NCBI GenBank assembly: GCA_964016885.1
Contig: CAXHJY010001417.1
Span: 1-33,960 of the forward strand
Direction: 5' to 3'
DNA: 33,960 nucleotides
Source: Eledone cirrhosa
Lineage: Eukaryota
In this document: positions 1 through 11,572 of the stretch, piece by piece
Layout of the letters: every line of letters starts with the position of its first letter
How positions within the stretch are numbered: position 1 is the stretch's first letter
The notes under the pieces: generated by a model
Databases searched by the model: none
The model's input: only the letters and a program-made list of their open reading frames with translations
Told to the model about the DNA's origin: nothing
Position numbers and translations under genes: made by a program

Positions 1-1558
1 AGTAATCTACGCGTTTCATTCTTGTTAGAATTCATCAGGACTACATATCCAGTGCTTTTGTCGAGAATGACACAGCTAGAGACTTATAGAATACTTAGCT
101 GTGTACAGGAACTGGTTTGAAAGAGCGGTTGCCGGTCCGGCAGAAATTAGAAATTGGAATAAATGCTCTGAAATAGCGATATATATGTGAATATAGACAC
201 AGAATATTCGAAAATATTCTGTATGTTTATAATAAACATTTTGAAGACCTAATCGCTATAGAATAGAATACGTCACGTATTACAATTAGATTCTCGACAA
301 AAGCAAGGGAAGTAATCTACGCGTTTCATTCTTGTTAGAATTCATCAGGACTACATATCCAGTGCTTTTGTCGAGAATGACACAGCTAGAGACTTATAGA
401 ATACTTAGCTGTGTACAGGAACTGGTTTGAAAGAGCGGTTGCCGGTCCGGCAGAAATTAGAAATTGGAATAAATGCTCTGAAATAGCGATATATATGTGA
501 ATATAGACACAGAATATTCGAAAATATTCTGTATGTTTATAATAAACATTTTGAAGACCTAATCGCTATAGAATAGAATACGTCACGTATTACAATTAGA
601 TTCTCGACAAAAGCAAGGGAAGTAATCTACGCGTTTCATTCTTGTTAGAATTCATCAGGACTACATATCCAGTGCTTTTGTCGAGAATGACACAGCTAGA
701 GACTTATAGAATACTTAGCTGTGTACAGGAACTGGTTTGAAAGAGCGGTTGCCGGTCCGGCAGAAATTAGAAATTGGAATAAATGCTCTGAAATAGCGAT
801 ATATATGTGAATATAGACACAGAATATTCGAAATATTCTGTATGTTTATAATAAACATTTTGAAGACCTAATCGCTATAGAATAGAATACGTCACGTATT
901 ACAATTAGATTCTCGACAAAAGCAAGGGAAGTAATCTACGCGTTTCATTCTTGTTAGAATTCATCAGGACTACATATCCAGTGCTTTTGTCGAGAATGAC
1001 ACAGCTAGAGACTTATAGAATACTTAGCTGTGTACAGGAACTGGTTTGAAAGAGCGGTTGCCGGTCCGGCAGAAATTAGAAATTGGAATAAATGCTCTGA
1101 AATAGCGATATATATGTGAATATAGACACAGAATATTCGAAAATATTCTGTATGTTTATAATAAACATTTTGAAGACCTAATCGCTATAGAATAGAATAC
1201 GTCACGTATTACAATTAGATTCTCGACAAAAGCAAGGGAAGTAATCTACGCGTTTCATTCTTGTTAGAATTCATCAGGACTACATATCCAGTGCTTTTGT
1301 CGAGAATGACACAGCTAGAGACTTATAGAATACTTAGCTGTGTACAGGAACTGGTTTGAAAGAGCGGTTGCCGGTCCGGCAGAAATTAGAAATTGGAATA
1401 AATGCTCTGAAATAGCGATATATATGTGAATATAGACACAGAATATTCGAAAATATTCTGTATGTTTATAATAAACATTTTGAAGACCTAATCGCTATAG
1501 AATAGAATACGTCACGTATTACAATTAGATTCTCGACAAAAGCAAGGGAAGTAATCTA
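1..1558 (-). repeat. 310-bp hammerhead-containing tandem array (retrozyme-like satellite), left arm, about 5 units, ribozyme sense on minus strand; continues off the window start
   Basis: Unit AGTAATCTACGCG... restarts at 1, 311, 621, 930, 1240 and 1550. Copies look identical apart from a 1-nt deletion near 831. Confidence 0.97.
312..354 (-). ncRNA. Type I hammerhead ribozyme (further copies at 2-44, 622-664, 931-973, 1241-1283)
   Basis: Reverse complement of the 1778-1820 motif, present in each left-arm unit. Confidence 0.95.
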
Positions 1559-3841
1559 TTCTATAGCGATTAGGTCTTCAAAATGTTTATTATAAACATA
1601 CAGAATATTTTCGAATATTCTGTGTCTATATTCACATATATATCGCTATTTCAGAGCATTTATTCCAATTTCTAATTTCTGCCGGACCGGCAACCGCTCT
1701 TTCAAACCAGTTCCTGTACACAGCTAAGTATTCTATAAGTCTCTAGCTGTGTCATTCTCGACAAAAGCACTGGATATGTAGTCCTGATGAATTCTAACAA
1801 GAATGAAACGCGTAGATTACTTCCCTTGCTTTTGTCGAGAATCTAATTGTAATACGTGACGTATTCTATTCTATAGCGATTAGGTCTTCAAAATGTTTAT
1901 TATAAACATACAGAATATTTTCGAATATTCTGTGTCTATATTCACATATATATCGCTATTTCAGAGCATTTATTCCAATTTCTAATTTCTGCCGGACCGG
2001 CAACCGCTCTTTCAAACCAGTTCCTGTACACAGCTAAGTATTCTATAAGTCTCTAGCTGTGTCATTCTCGACAAAAGCACTGGATATGTAGTCCTGATGA
2101 ATTCTAACAAGAATGAAACGCGTAGATTACTTCCCTTGCTTTTGTCGAGAATCTAATTGTAATACGTGACGTATTCTATTCTATAGCGATTAGGTCTTCA
2201 AAATGTTTATTATAAACATACAGAATATTTTCGAATATTCTGTGTCTATATTCACATATATATCGCTATTTCAGAGCATTTATTCCAATTTCTAATTTCT
2301 GCCGGACCGGCAACCGCTCTTTCAAACCAGTTCCTGTACACAGCTAAGTATTCTATAAGTCTCTAGCTGTGTCATTCTCGACAAAAGCACTGGATATGTA
2401 GTCCTGATGAATTCTAACAAGAATGAAACGCGTAGATTACTTCCCTTGCTTTTGTCGAGAATCTAATTGTAATACGTGACGTATTCTATTCTATAGCGAT
2501 TAGGTCTTCAAAATGTTTATTATAAACATACAGAATATTTTCGAATATTCTGTGTCTATATTCACATATATATCGCTATTTCAGAGCATTTATTCCAATT
2601 TCTAATTTCTGCCGGACCGGCAACCGCTCTTTCAAACCAGTTCCTGTACACAGCTAAGTATTCTATAAGTCTCTAGCTGTGTCATTCTCGACAAAAGCAC
2701 TGGATATGTAGTCCTGATGAATTCTAACAAGAATGAAACGCGTAGATTACTTCCCTTGCTTTTGTCGAGAATCTAATTGTAATACGTGACGTATTCTATT
2801 CTATAGCGATTAGGTCTTCAAAATGTTTATTATAAACATACAGAATATTTTCGAATATTCTGTGTCTATATTCACATATATATCGCTATTTCAGAGCATT
2901 TATTCCAATTTCTAATTTCTGCCGGACCGGCAACCGCTCTTTCAAACCAGTTCCTGTACACAGCTAAGTATTCTATAAGTCTCTAGCTGTGTCATTCTCG
3001 ACAAAAGCACTGGATATGTAGTCCTGATGAATTCTAACAAGAATGAAACGCGTAGATTACTTCCCTTGCTTTTGTCGAGAATCTAATTGTAATACGTGAC
3101 GTATTCTATTCTATAGCGATTAGGTCTTCAAAATGTTTATTATAAACATACAGAATATTTTCGAATATTCTGTGTCTATATTCACATATATATCGCTATT
3201 TCAGAGCATTTATTCCAATTTCTAATTTCTGCCGGACCGGCAACCGCTCTTTCAAACCAGTTCCTGTACACAGCTAAGTATTCTATAAGTCTCTAGCTGT
3301 GTCATTCTCGACAAAAGCACTGGATATGTAGTCCTGATGAATTCTAACAAGAATGAAACGCGTAGATTACTTCCCTTGCTTTTGTCGAGAATCTAATTGT
3401 AATACGTGACGTATTCTATTCTATAGCGATTAGGTCTTCAAAATGTTTATTATAAACATACAGAATATTTTCGAATATTCTGTGTCTATATTCACATATA
3501 TATCGCTATTTCAGAGCATTTATTCCAATTTCTAATTTCTGCCGGACCGGCAACCGCTCTTTCAAACCAGTTCCTGTACACAGCTAAGTATTCTATAAGT
3601 CTCTAGCTGTGTCATTCTCGACAAAAGCACTGGATATGTAGTCCTGATGAATTCTAACAAGAATGAAACGCGTAGATTACTTCCCTTGCTTTTGTCGAGA
3701 ATCTAATTGTAATACGTGACGTATTCTATTCTATAGCGATTAGGTCTTCAAAATGTTTATTATAAACATACAGAATATTTTCGAATATTCTGTGTCTATA
3801 TTCACATATATATCGCTATTTCAGAGCATTTATTCCAATTT
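1555..3841 (+). repeat. 310-bp hammerhead-containing tandem array, right (inverted) arm, about 7.4 units
   Basis: Reverse complement of the left-arm unit with period 310. Ends at ...TTCCAATTT (3841), abutting a (TA)n tract. Confidence 0.97.
1778..1820 (+). ncRNA. Type I hammerhead ribozyme (further copies start at 2088, 2398, 2708, 3018, 3328, 3638)
   Basis: GTAGTC-CTGATGA-ATTCT aaca AGAAT-GAAA-CGCG-TA^GATTAC: intact core, 6-bp stem I, 5-bp stem II, palindromic stem III (ACGCGT), GUA cleavage after 1814. Stem I is extended by a perfect 16-bp helix (1754-1769 with 1827-1842). Confidence 0.95.
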
Positions 3842-4575
<734 letters not shown>

Positions 4576-4741
4576 ATATTGTTATATTTTGGGAGGGTCA
4601 TGTTGCCTATAAGAAACACACGCACCAATTGCTTTCACTTCAATTTATTATATATTTATAAATTTATAAATTTACAAATCTACAAATCTATACATTTCTG
4701 GTTGGTTGGTTGGTTCCACAACCAGATAGTTGTTTATATAT

Positions 4742-4786
4742 AGTCATAGTCCTTTCGTCACACACTCTGTGACCTCTTCAGTGACT
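4742..4786 (-). ncRNA. Minimal type I hammerhead ribozyme in the Penelope-like 3' UTR
   Basis: Minus strand reads AGTCA-CTGAAGA-g-GTCACA gagtg TGTGAC-GAAA-GGAC-TA^TGACT. Stems I and II pair perfectly. Confidence 0.88.
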
Positions 4787-5002
4787 GGGGATTCCTTTCT
4801 TTGTTTCTGTGCCTTTCCTTTCTTCTGTCCTACGCCATTTTGTTTCTGTGTGTGTGTTGTGTGCTCAGTTTGCGCATGCGCCACATCCGGGTGTCTGTGT
4901 GTGTTTGTGTTCATTTATCTATTTGTTTATTTATTTATTTATTTATTTACATGTTATTGGTTGGTTGTTTTTTCTATGTGTGTGTGTGTTTTCATTTTGT
5001 CC

Positions 5003-5778
5003 TTAATTGTAAGTTGTGATGTTGCTGTTCCACTCATATTTTCTATTTAATTTTGGTTGTAATTCTTTTATGTTTATTGCCTCTGTAATTTGTCTAAACA
5101 TTGCATCTTTTCTGTGTGTAGATTCTATTTTTATTTCTATGTTCTCTAATTTACCCTTGTGTTCTATCTTAGCATGTTGGTAGAGTACAGATGATTCTTT
5201 ATTATCTTGAAGGTCTCGCCAGTGTTCATTTATCCGTTCCCCTATACTACGAGCTGTCTCACCTATGTACACTATATTTTTGTTTCTACATTGTCCTTCA
5301 GTACATCTTATGCTATACACTACATTTCTAGTTTTACAGTTAATATGGGGGGTTATTTTACAGGTTATACATTTCTTATCTATACATGAGGGTCTTTGAA
5401 ACGGGTATGTCTTGCTAATAAGTGTTTTTACGGAGGTACCTTGTCTTTCTACTATCTTAATATTGAGTTTATGTTTATTTAGGGCCCTTCTAAATTTGTA
5501 GGCTAGTTCGCCTCTAGGGGTTGTATCGATGAACATTACACTATGGTATTTATTGCTATCATACCATGAGTTTATTCTATTGGCCTTGTTCCTAGTTCTT
5601 TCTATTCTATTCCAAAATGTGCTCCTATACAAGGGGCAGGTCCCATTTATGTCATTACTTACCATTTTTTCCCATTTGGTTCTGGCTCCTCTATACACTC
5701 TGATTCTATCTCTCTAATTGTAGCCAGAGAACTGCATACGGTGGATGAAGTGTTGTATGTGTCTCTCTAGTTCTTATA
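5003..5778 (-). pseudogene. C-terminal fragment of a Penelope-like RT/GIY-YIG endonuclease polyprotein
   Basis: ORF 5698-5003 has CIDKKCITC..NCKTRNVVYSIRC..C..VYIGETARSIGERINEH..LYQH..EH..RQITEAINI..LNRKYEW. The frame continues upstream through one TAG as [30 protein letters not shown]. Confidence 0.9.
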
Positions 5779-5814
5779 TATATAAATATTGTTGTATGTG
5801 TCTCTCTAGTTCTT

Positions 5815-5870
5815 ATATATATAAATATATATATATATATAAATATATATACATATATAAATATATATAC

Positions 5871-5915
<45 letters not shown>

Positions 5916-5930
5916 CATATATATATATAC

Positions 5931-5975
<45 letters not shown>

Positions 5976-6010
5976 CATATATATATATACATATATATAT
6001 ATACATATAC

Positions 6011-6055
<45 letters not shown>

Positions 6056-6776
6056 CATATATATACATATATATATATACATATATATATATACATATAT
6101 ATACATATATATATATACATATATATACATATATATATATACATATATATACATATATATATATACATATATATATATACATATATATATATATACATTT
6201 ATATATATACATATATATATACATATATATATATACATATATATACATATATATATATACATATATATATATACATATATATATATACATATATATACAT
6301 ATATATATATACATATATATATATACATATATATATATACATATATATATATACATACATATATATATATACATATATATATATACATACATATATATAC
6401 ATATATATATATACATATATATACATATATATATATATACATATATATATATACACATATATACACATATATATATATACATATATATACATATATACAT
6501 ATATACATATATATACATATATATATATACATATATATACATATATATATATACATATATATACATATATACATATATACATATATATACATATATACAT
6601 ATATACATATATATACATATATATATATATACATATATATACATATATATATATATATACATATATATACATACATATATATACATATATATACATATAT
6701 ACATATATATACATATATATATATATACATATATATACATACATATATATACATATATATACATACATATATATAC

Positions 6777-6813
<37 letters not shown>

Positions 6814-7040
6814 CATATATATACATATATATATACATATATATACATACATATATACATACATATATATACATATATATACATACATATATATACATAT
6901 ATATACATATATATATACATATATGTACATACATATATATACATATATATACATACATATATACATACATATATATACATATATATATATACATATATAT
7001 ACATACATATATATACATATATATACATACATATATATAC

Positions 7041-7077
<37 letters not shown>

Positions 7078-7102
7078 CATATATATACATACATATATAT
7101 AC

Positions 7103-7135
<33 letters not shown>

Positions 7136-7360
7136 CATACATATATATACATATATATACATACATATATATACATATATATACATACATATATACATAC
7201 ATACATATATATACACATATATATACATATATATACATATATATACATATATATACATATATATACATATGTATATATACATATATATACATATATATAT
7301 ATACATATATATACATATATATATATACATATATATACATATATATATACATATATATAC

Positions 7361-7393
<33 letters not shown>

Positions 7394-7440
7394 CATATAT
7401 ATATATACATATATATATATACATATATATATATACATAT
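5815..7440. repeat. (TA)n/(TACA) compound microsatellite
   Basis: Direct reading of the sequence. Confidence 0.97.
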
Positions 7441-9330
7441 CCCAAAGTGTTCTTTTCAATTGCAAAAAAACACAAAATCACTGGCTCTACTGTTGGCCCT
7501 CTAATTGATGAAAATGGCACTCTTCAAGACAATGCTAAAACCATGGGTGAGATACTGCAGAAACAATACTGCTCTGTTTTCAGCAATCCTGATATGTCCG
7601 ATCTGGGCTGTATCGGCGATGTTACTCCCCATTACACCTTATCGGACATAACGTTTGGCGCCCCTGATGTCTTTGCGGCAATAAAGGAAATCAAGCATAA
7701 TTCAGCAGTAGGTCCCGATCGGTTCCCTGCTTGTGTCTTGAAGGCGTGTCAACACCAACTTGCATCTCCTCTTGCCAATCTGTGGCGGAACTCACTGGAT
7801 GCTGGATATGTGCCAGAAAACCTTCTATCCCAGTCTGTTGTCCCAGTTTTCAAAAAGGGAAACAAATCCCTTGCCGTGAATTACCGTCCAATCTCACTCA
7901 CCTCTCATATCATTAAGGTATTTGAGCGAGTGGTGAGATCGCGAATGACGCACTTCCTTGAGAGTAACAATATGCTGAACTCCAACCAGCATGGATTCCG
8001 TAATGGAAGGGATTGCCTGACGCAGCTACTGCATCACTTTGATGACATTTTGAGAGCCTTGGGAGAGGGTTCCAACACTGATGTTATCTACCTTGATTTC
8101 AGCAAGGCCTTTGACAGGGTTGATCATAACATTCTACTGAGAAAGCTGTCCAATATTGGTGTCACTGGAAAGCTGCTGCTGTGGATCAAGAGCTTCCTGT
8201 CAAACAGAACCCAACATGTTGTAGTTGAGGGAGTCAAATCAAGCCCAGCCAAAGTCAGTAGTGGGGTCCCACAAGGCACTGTGTTGGGCCCACTTCTCTT
8301 CATCATCTATATTAATGACATCACTGACATCATCAAACACAGCAACATTAAAATTTTCGCTGATGATTCCAAGCTCCAAAAGGTCATCAATGGCGTGGAT
8401 GACCGGATAAGCCTTCAGTCAGACCTACTGGCTGTTACCCAATGGGCAGAAAAGAACAACATGTTACTGAACGAAGACAAATTCGAACTGATCCACTTTG
8501 GAAAAGAGGATGCTCTGAAACTCCCGTACTCCCTTCCCTCCGGGGAAACTCTCGTGGCATCTAACAACATCAGAGACTTGGGAGTAACCGTGGACAGCAA
8601 CATAAGCTGGACCACGCATATAAGCAGCAAAGTTGACATGGCCCGCAGAATGTGTTCCTGGATCCTCAGAACCTTCCAGTCGAGAGATTCCCGCACCATT
8701 ATCCTTCTCTTCTCTACTTTCGCCCGACCACACCTTGAATACTGTTGTCCACTGTGGTCTCCCCACACGAAACAAAGTATCATGAAACTTGAAGCTCCTC
8801 AAAGGGCAATCACGAAAAAGATAGATGGCATGTCAGACCTTGACTACTGGGGTCGATTAGAAAACCTGAAACTTTACTTACTCCAACGTCGCCGTGAGCG
8901 TTATATTATCTGCATGATGTGGAAAATGTTCCATCATCACTGCCCAAATGATGTTGGCATCGCCTTCAAGATACACCCAAGGCTTGGGCCCCGTGCTATC
9001 CGTCCCATTCAAAAATCTAAATCGTAACTCATAACAACAATACGGCACAATTATTTCACCTCAATCGGCCCTGCTCTCTTCAACATCACACCAAGACACG
9101 TCAAAACAGAAACTGACCACACACAATTCAAGAAGTCTTTGGACAAATTCCTCCAAGTAATCCCGGACAAACCACCCACACCCGGATATGTCTCCGCAAA
9201 CAGTAATTCTCTTCTCGAATGGGCCATGGTGCCCAAATCCTGAATTGAAAGACTTCGCCAGGTGGTGCTATTAAGTTAGACATGGCCTGGGCCAATACTG
9301 GCCAAAACATTTCAAAGTTATTCAAAGTTA
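7441..9330 (+). mobile_element. 5'-truncated non-LTR retrotransposon (CR1/L2-group LINE) inserted in (TA)n
   Basis: RT ORF starts abruptly at PKVFFS next to the microsatellite. A short 3' UTR ends in tandem (TTCAAAGTTA)2 at 9311-9330. Confidence 0.92.
7447..9243 (+). pseudogene. LINE ORF2 reverse transcriptase domain and C-terminus, with one premature stop
   Basis: Motifs [48 protein letters not shown] and [14 protein letters not shown]. After TAA 9025-9027 the same frame continues ([40 protein letters not shown]) to TGA 9241-9243. Confidence 0.93.
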
Positions 9331-9331
9331 C

Positions 9332-9397
<66 letters not shown>

Positions 9398-9423
9398 ATA
9401 TATACATGTATATATATATATAT

Positions 9424-9463
<40 letters not shown>

Positions 9464-9618
9464 ATATATATATATATATACATGTATATATATATATATA
9501 TATATACATGTATATATATGTATGCATATACATATACATATATATATCTATGAGTGTGTGTGTGTGTATGTGTTTATACATACATATGTATATACATACA
9601 CACATATATGCATGTGTG

Positions 9619-9655
<37 letters not shown>

Positions 9656-9745
9656 CACATACATATGCATATATATATTCACACACACTCACACATACAT
9701 GTACGATCTTTACACGTGTTATTACGCGTATTTATTACTACATTG

Positions 9746-9830
<85 letters not shown>
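9331..9830. repeat. (TA)n/(CA)n microsatellite tract
   Basis: Direct reading of the sequence. Confidence 0.9.
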
Positions 9831-9833
<3 letters not shown>

Positions 9834-9917
9834 AAACTTCTATTTAAATTGTTGGGATACAACAAGCAAATATTTTTATAACTGATATAAAGCACTCGAC
9901 AAGTATTTGGAGTAAAA

Positions 9918-10195
9918 ATACGATATTAACAAATGGAAACTATATTTATAAAACCATATTTATTTTATTATACATATTTCAAGGACACCACGTTAAATTA
10001 TGGTGTGCTTTCATCAGACGAAATACAATATAGATCAGTTATATAAATATAAATCTGATCTTTATTTATAAAACTGATCTATATTGTATTTTGTATGATG
10101 AAAGCACACCATAATTTAACGTGGTGTCCTTGAAATATGTATAATAAAATAAATATGGTTTTTATAAATATAGTTTCCATTTGTTAATATCGTAT
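9918..10195. repeat. Fold-back inverted repeat, about 132-bp arms, 13-nt spacer
   Basis: 9918-10049 is the reverse complement of 10063-10195 with few mismatches. Confidence 0.93.
9961..10025 (-). ncRNA. Hammerhead-like motif, slightly decayed (mirror copy 10087-10151, plus strand)
   Basis: TATTTCGT-CTGATGA-AAGcACACCA..TGGTGTcCTT-GAAA-TATGTA-TA^ATAAAATA. This copy has one stem I mismatch, and the mirror copy has ATGATGA in the core. Confidence 0.65.
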
Positions 10196-10208
10196 CTCTC
10201 TCTCTCTA

Positions 10209-10306
<98 letters not shown>

Positions 10307-10332
10307 AGGTGTGTTAAGGAACCAGATGGTCG

Positions 10333-10603
10333 ATAACGCACCAGAGTACTCAAATACTTAGGGTCACAGAGTGGGTAATAGGAAAATATTTAACCCCGAT
10401 AGCCGAGCTCAAGCCGTTTCGACGGGTATTTCTGGAGTCCAGAAATAGTCGTCGAAACGGCTTGAGCTCTGGCGTCGGGGTTAAACATTTTCCTATATAT
10501 ATATATTGTAAAAGAGTCAGGACCACGACAGGTGAGCTCTGGCCGTTTTGACAGCTTGTTCTGAAATCTATTACCCAAAGTATCGAGTATTCTGGTGCGT
10601 TAT
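10333..10603. repeat. Nested inverted repeats (long hairpin inside a second stem)
   Basis: Inner hairpin 10378-10496 centred on TCTGGA-G-TCCAGA. Outer arms are 10333-10359 and 10578-10603. Confidence 0.85.
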
Positions 10604-10635
10604 GGTACACCTGCTGCCTTACCACTCTTCCTTCG

Positions 10636-10687
<52 letters not shown>

Positions 10688-10691
<4 letters not shown>

Positions 10692-11400
10692 CTCTGACCT
10701 CCCTGGAAAACGTACAACGATTTCTTGACCACCACAATGGACTGGACTTATATTCCGACACACACAAACGTACACACTCTCTCACCCGACACACACAAAC
10801 GTACTCACTCACTCACCCGACACACACAAACGTACTCACTCACTCACCCGACACACACAAACGTACACACTCACTCACCCGACACACACAAACGTACACA
10901 CACACTCACCCGACACACACAAACGTACACACTCACTCACCCGACACAAACAAACATACACACTCACTCACCCGACACACACAAACGTACACACTCACTC
11001 ACCCGACACACACAAACATACACACTCACTCACCCGACACACACCAACAACAAGAGGCTCTGAGACACCAACGTATTCACACATATTCATCCCTTCGGCA
11101 CACTGACAACTACATTCATGATGCCGGTGGATCCTGCAATTCGGCCTCAACCCCCAAGGCTGGACAGTTCACTAACCATGTCTAACCTATCAATCTCCTC
11201 CCAACATTCTTTTCCTAACCTTCTTCCCTAACCTTAACACACTACGTTCATACATCTGCCTCCTCTCTCCCCTTCCCCGAACATTAACGGTGAATGACTT
11301 CAATCCGAAACGCCGAACCCACCTCGTTTTCCTCTAAGCGTGAACCTAATATAATAGTGTATTTTTACATCCTCTGTGTTTGTTTTGGTTTCTTTATTAA
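10688..11400 (+). mobile_element. Possible heavily decayed Penelope-like 3' end interrupted by the minisatellite
   Basis: Peptide remnants QRFLDH and RWILQFGLNPQG resemble GIY-YIG RFxEH and WIxxLxxxPxG. They are followed by a pyrimidine-rich UTR, CCGAAACG and a T-rich tail similar to 16575-16650. Confidence 0.35.
10755..11044 (+). repeat. 31-bp minisatellite, about 9.3 copies (CCGACACACACAAACGTACACACTCACTCAC)
   Basis: CCGAC recurs every 31 nt from 10755 to 11034. Confidence 0.93.
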
Positions 11401-11513
11401 CTATATATATATGTATAATAATTTCGTATTTCCAAAGAAATACGGTTTTAGGAAGCCGTAGCTATGCAAACACCGTGGGGCTAACGCCCTCTGGTGATGT
11501 CCAGCAGATGCAA

Positions 11514-11572
11514 GGGAGACAACCATCTATGCATTTCAGGTTCAACTGGCCATCGTCAGGACGGTCCCTCCC
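11514..11572 (-). ncRNA. Type I hammerhead ribozyme
   Basis: GGGAG..ACCGTC-CTGACGA-tGG..CCt-GAAA-TGCA-TA^GATGGT..CTCCC, with palindromic stem III ATGCAT. Confidence 0.8.

Larger units (their letters stand above)
4576..5778 (-). mobile_element. 5'-truncated Penelope-like retroelement (RT thumb/linker + GIY-YIG endonuclease + 3' UTR with hammerhead), possibly Naiad clade
   Basis: GIY-YIG ORF followed by an A/C-rich UTR that contains a hammerhead, flanked by (TA)n on both sides. The clade call is an inference from the motifs RMQFSGY, PLYR, RQITEA and LNRKYEW. Confidence 0.88.

Noticed and set aside
1-3841. CRISPR array or 5S/tRNA gene cluster
   Set aside because: Units are identical with no variable spacers, and there is no rRNA or tRNA similarity or cloverleaf.
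5714-5716. Selenocysteine readthrough as in some Naiad elements
   Set aside because: The in-frame stop is TAG, not TGA, so it is best read as a nonsense mutation.
7731-9325. Short ORFs overlapping the LINE in other frames or on the other strand
   Set aside because: Shadow frames of the RT coding sequence with no motifs.
10362-10373. 12-nt match GGTCACAGAGTG to stem II of the 4742-4786 hammerhead
   Set aside because: Too short and the flanks do not align, so it may be chance.
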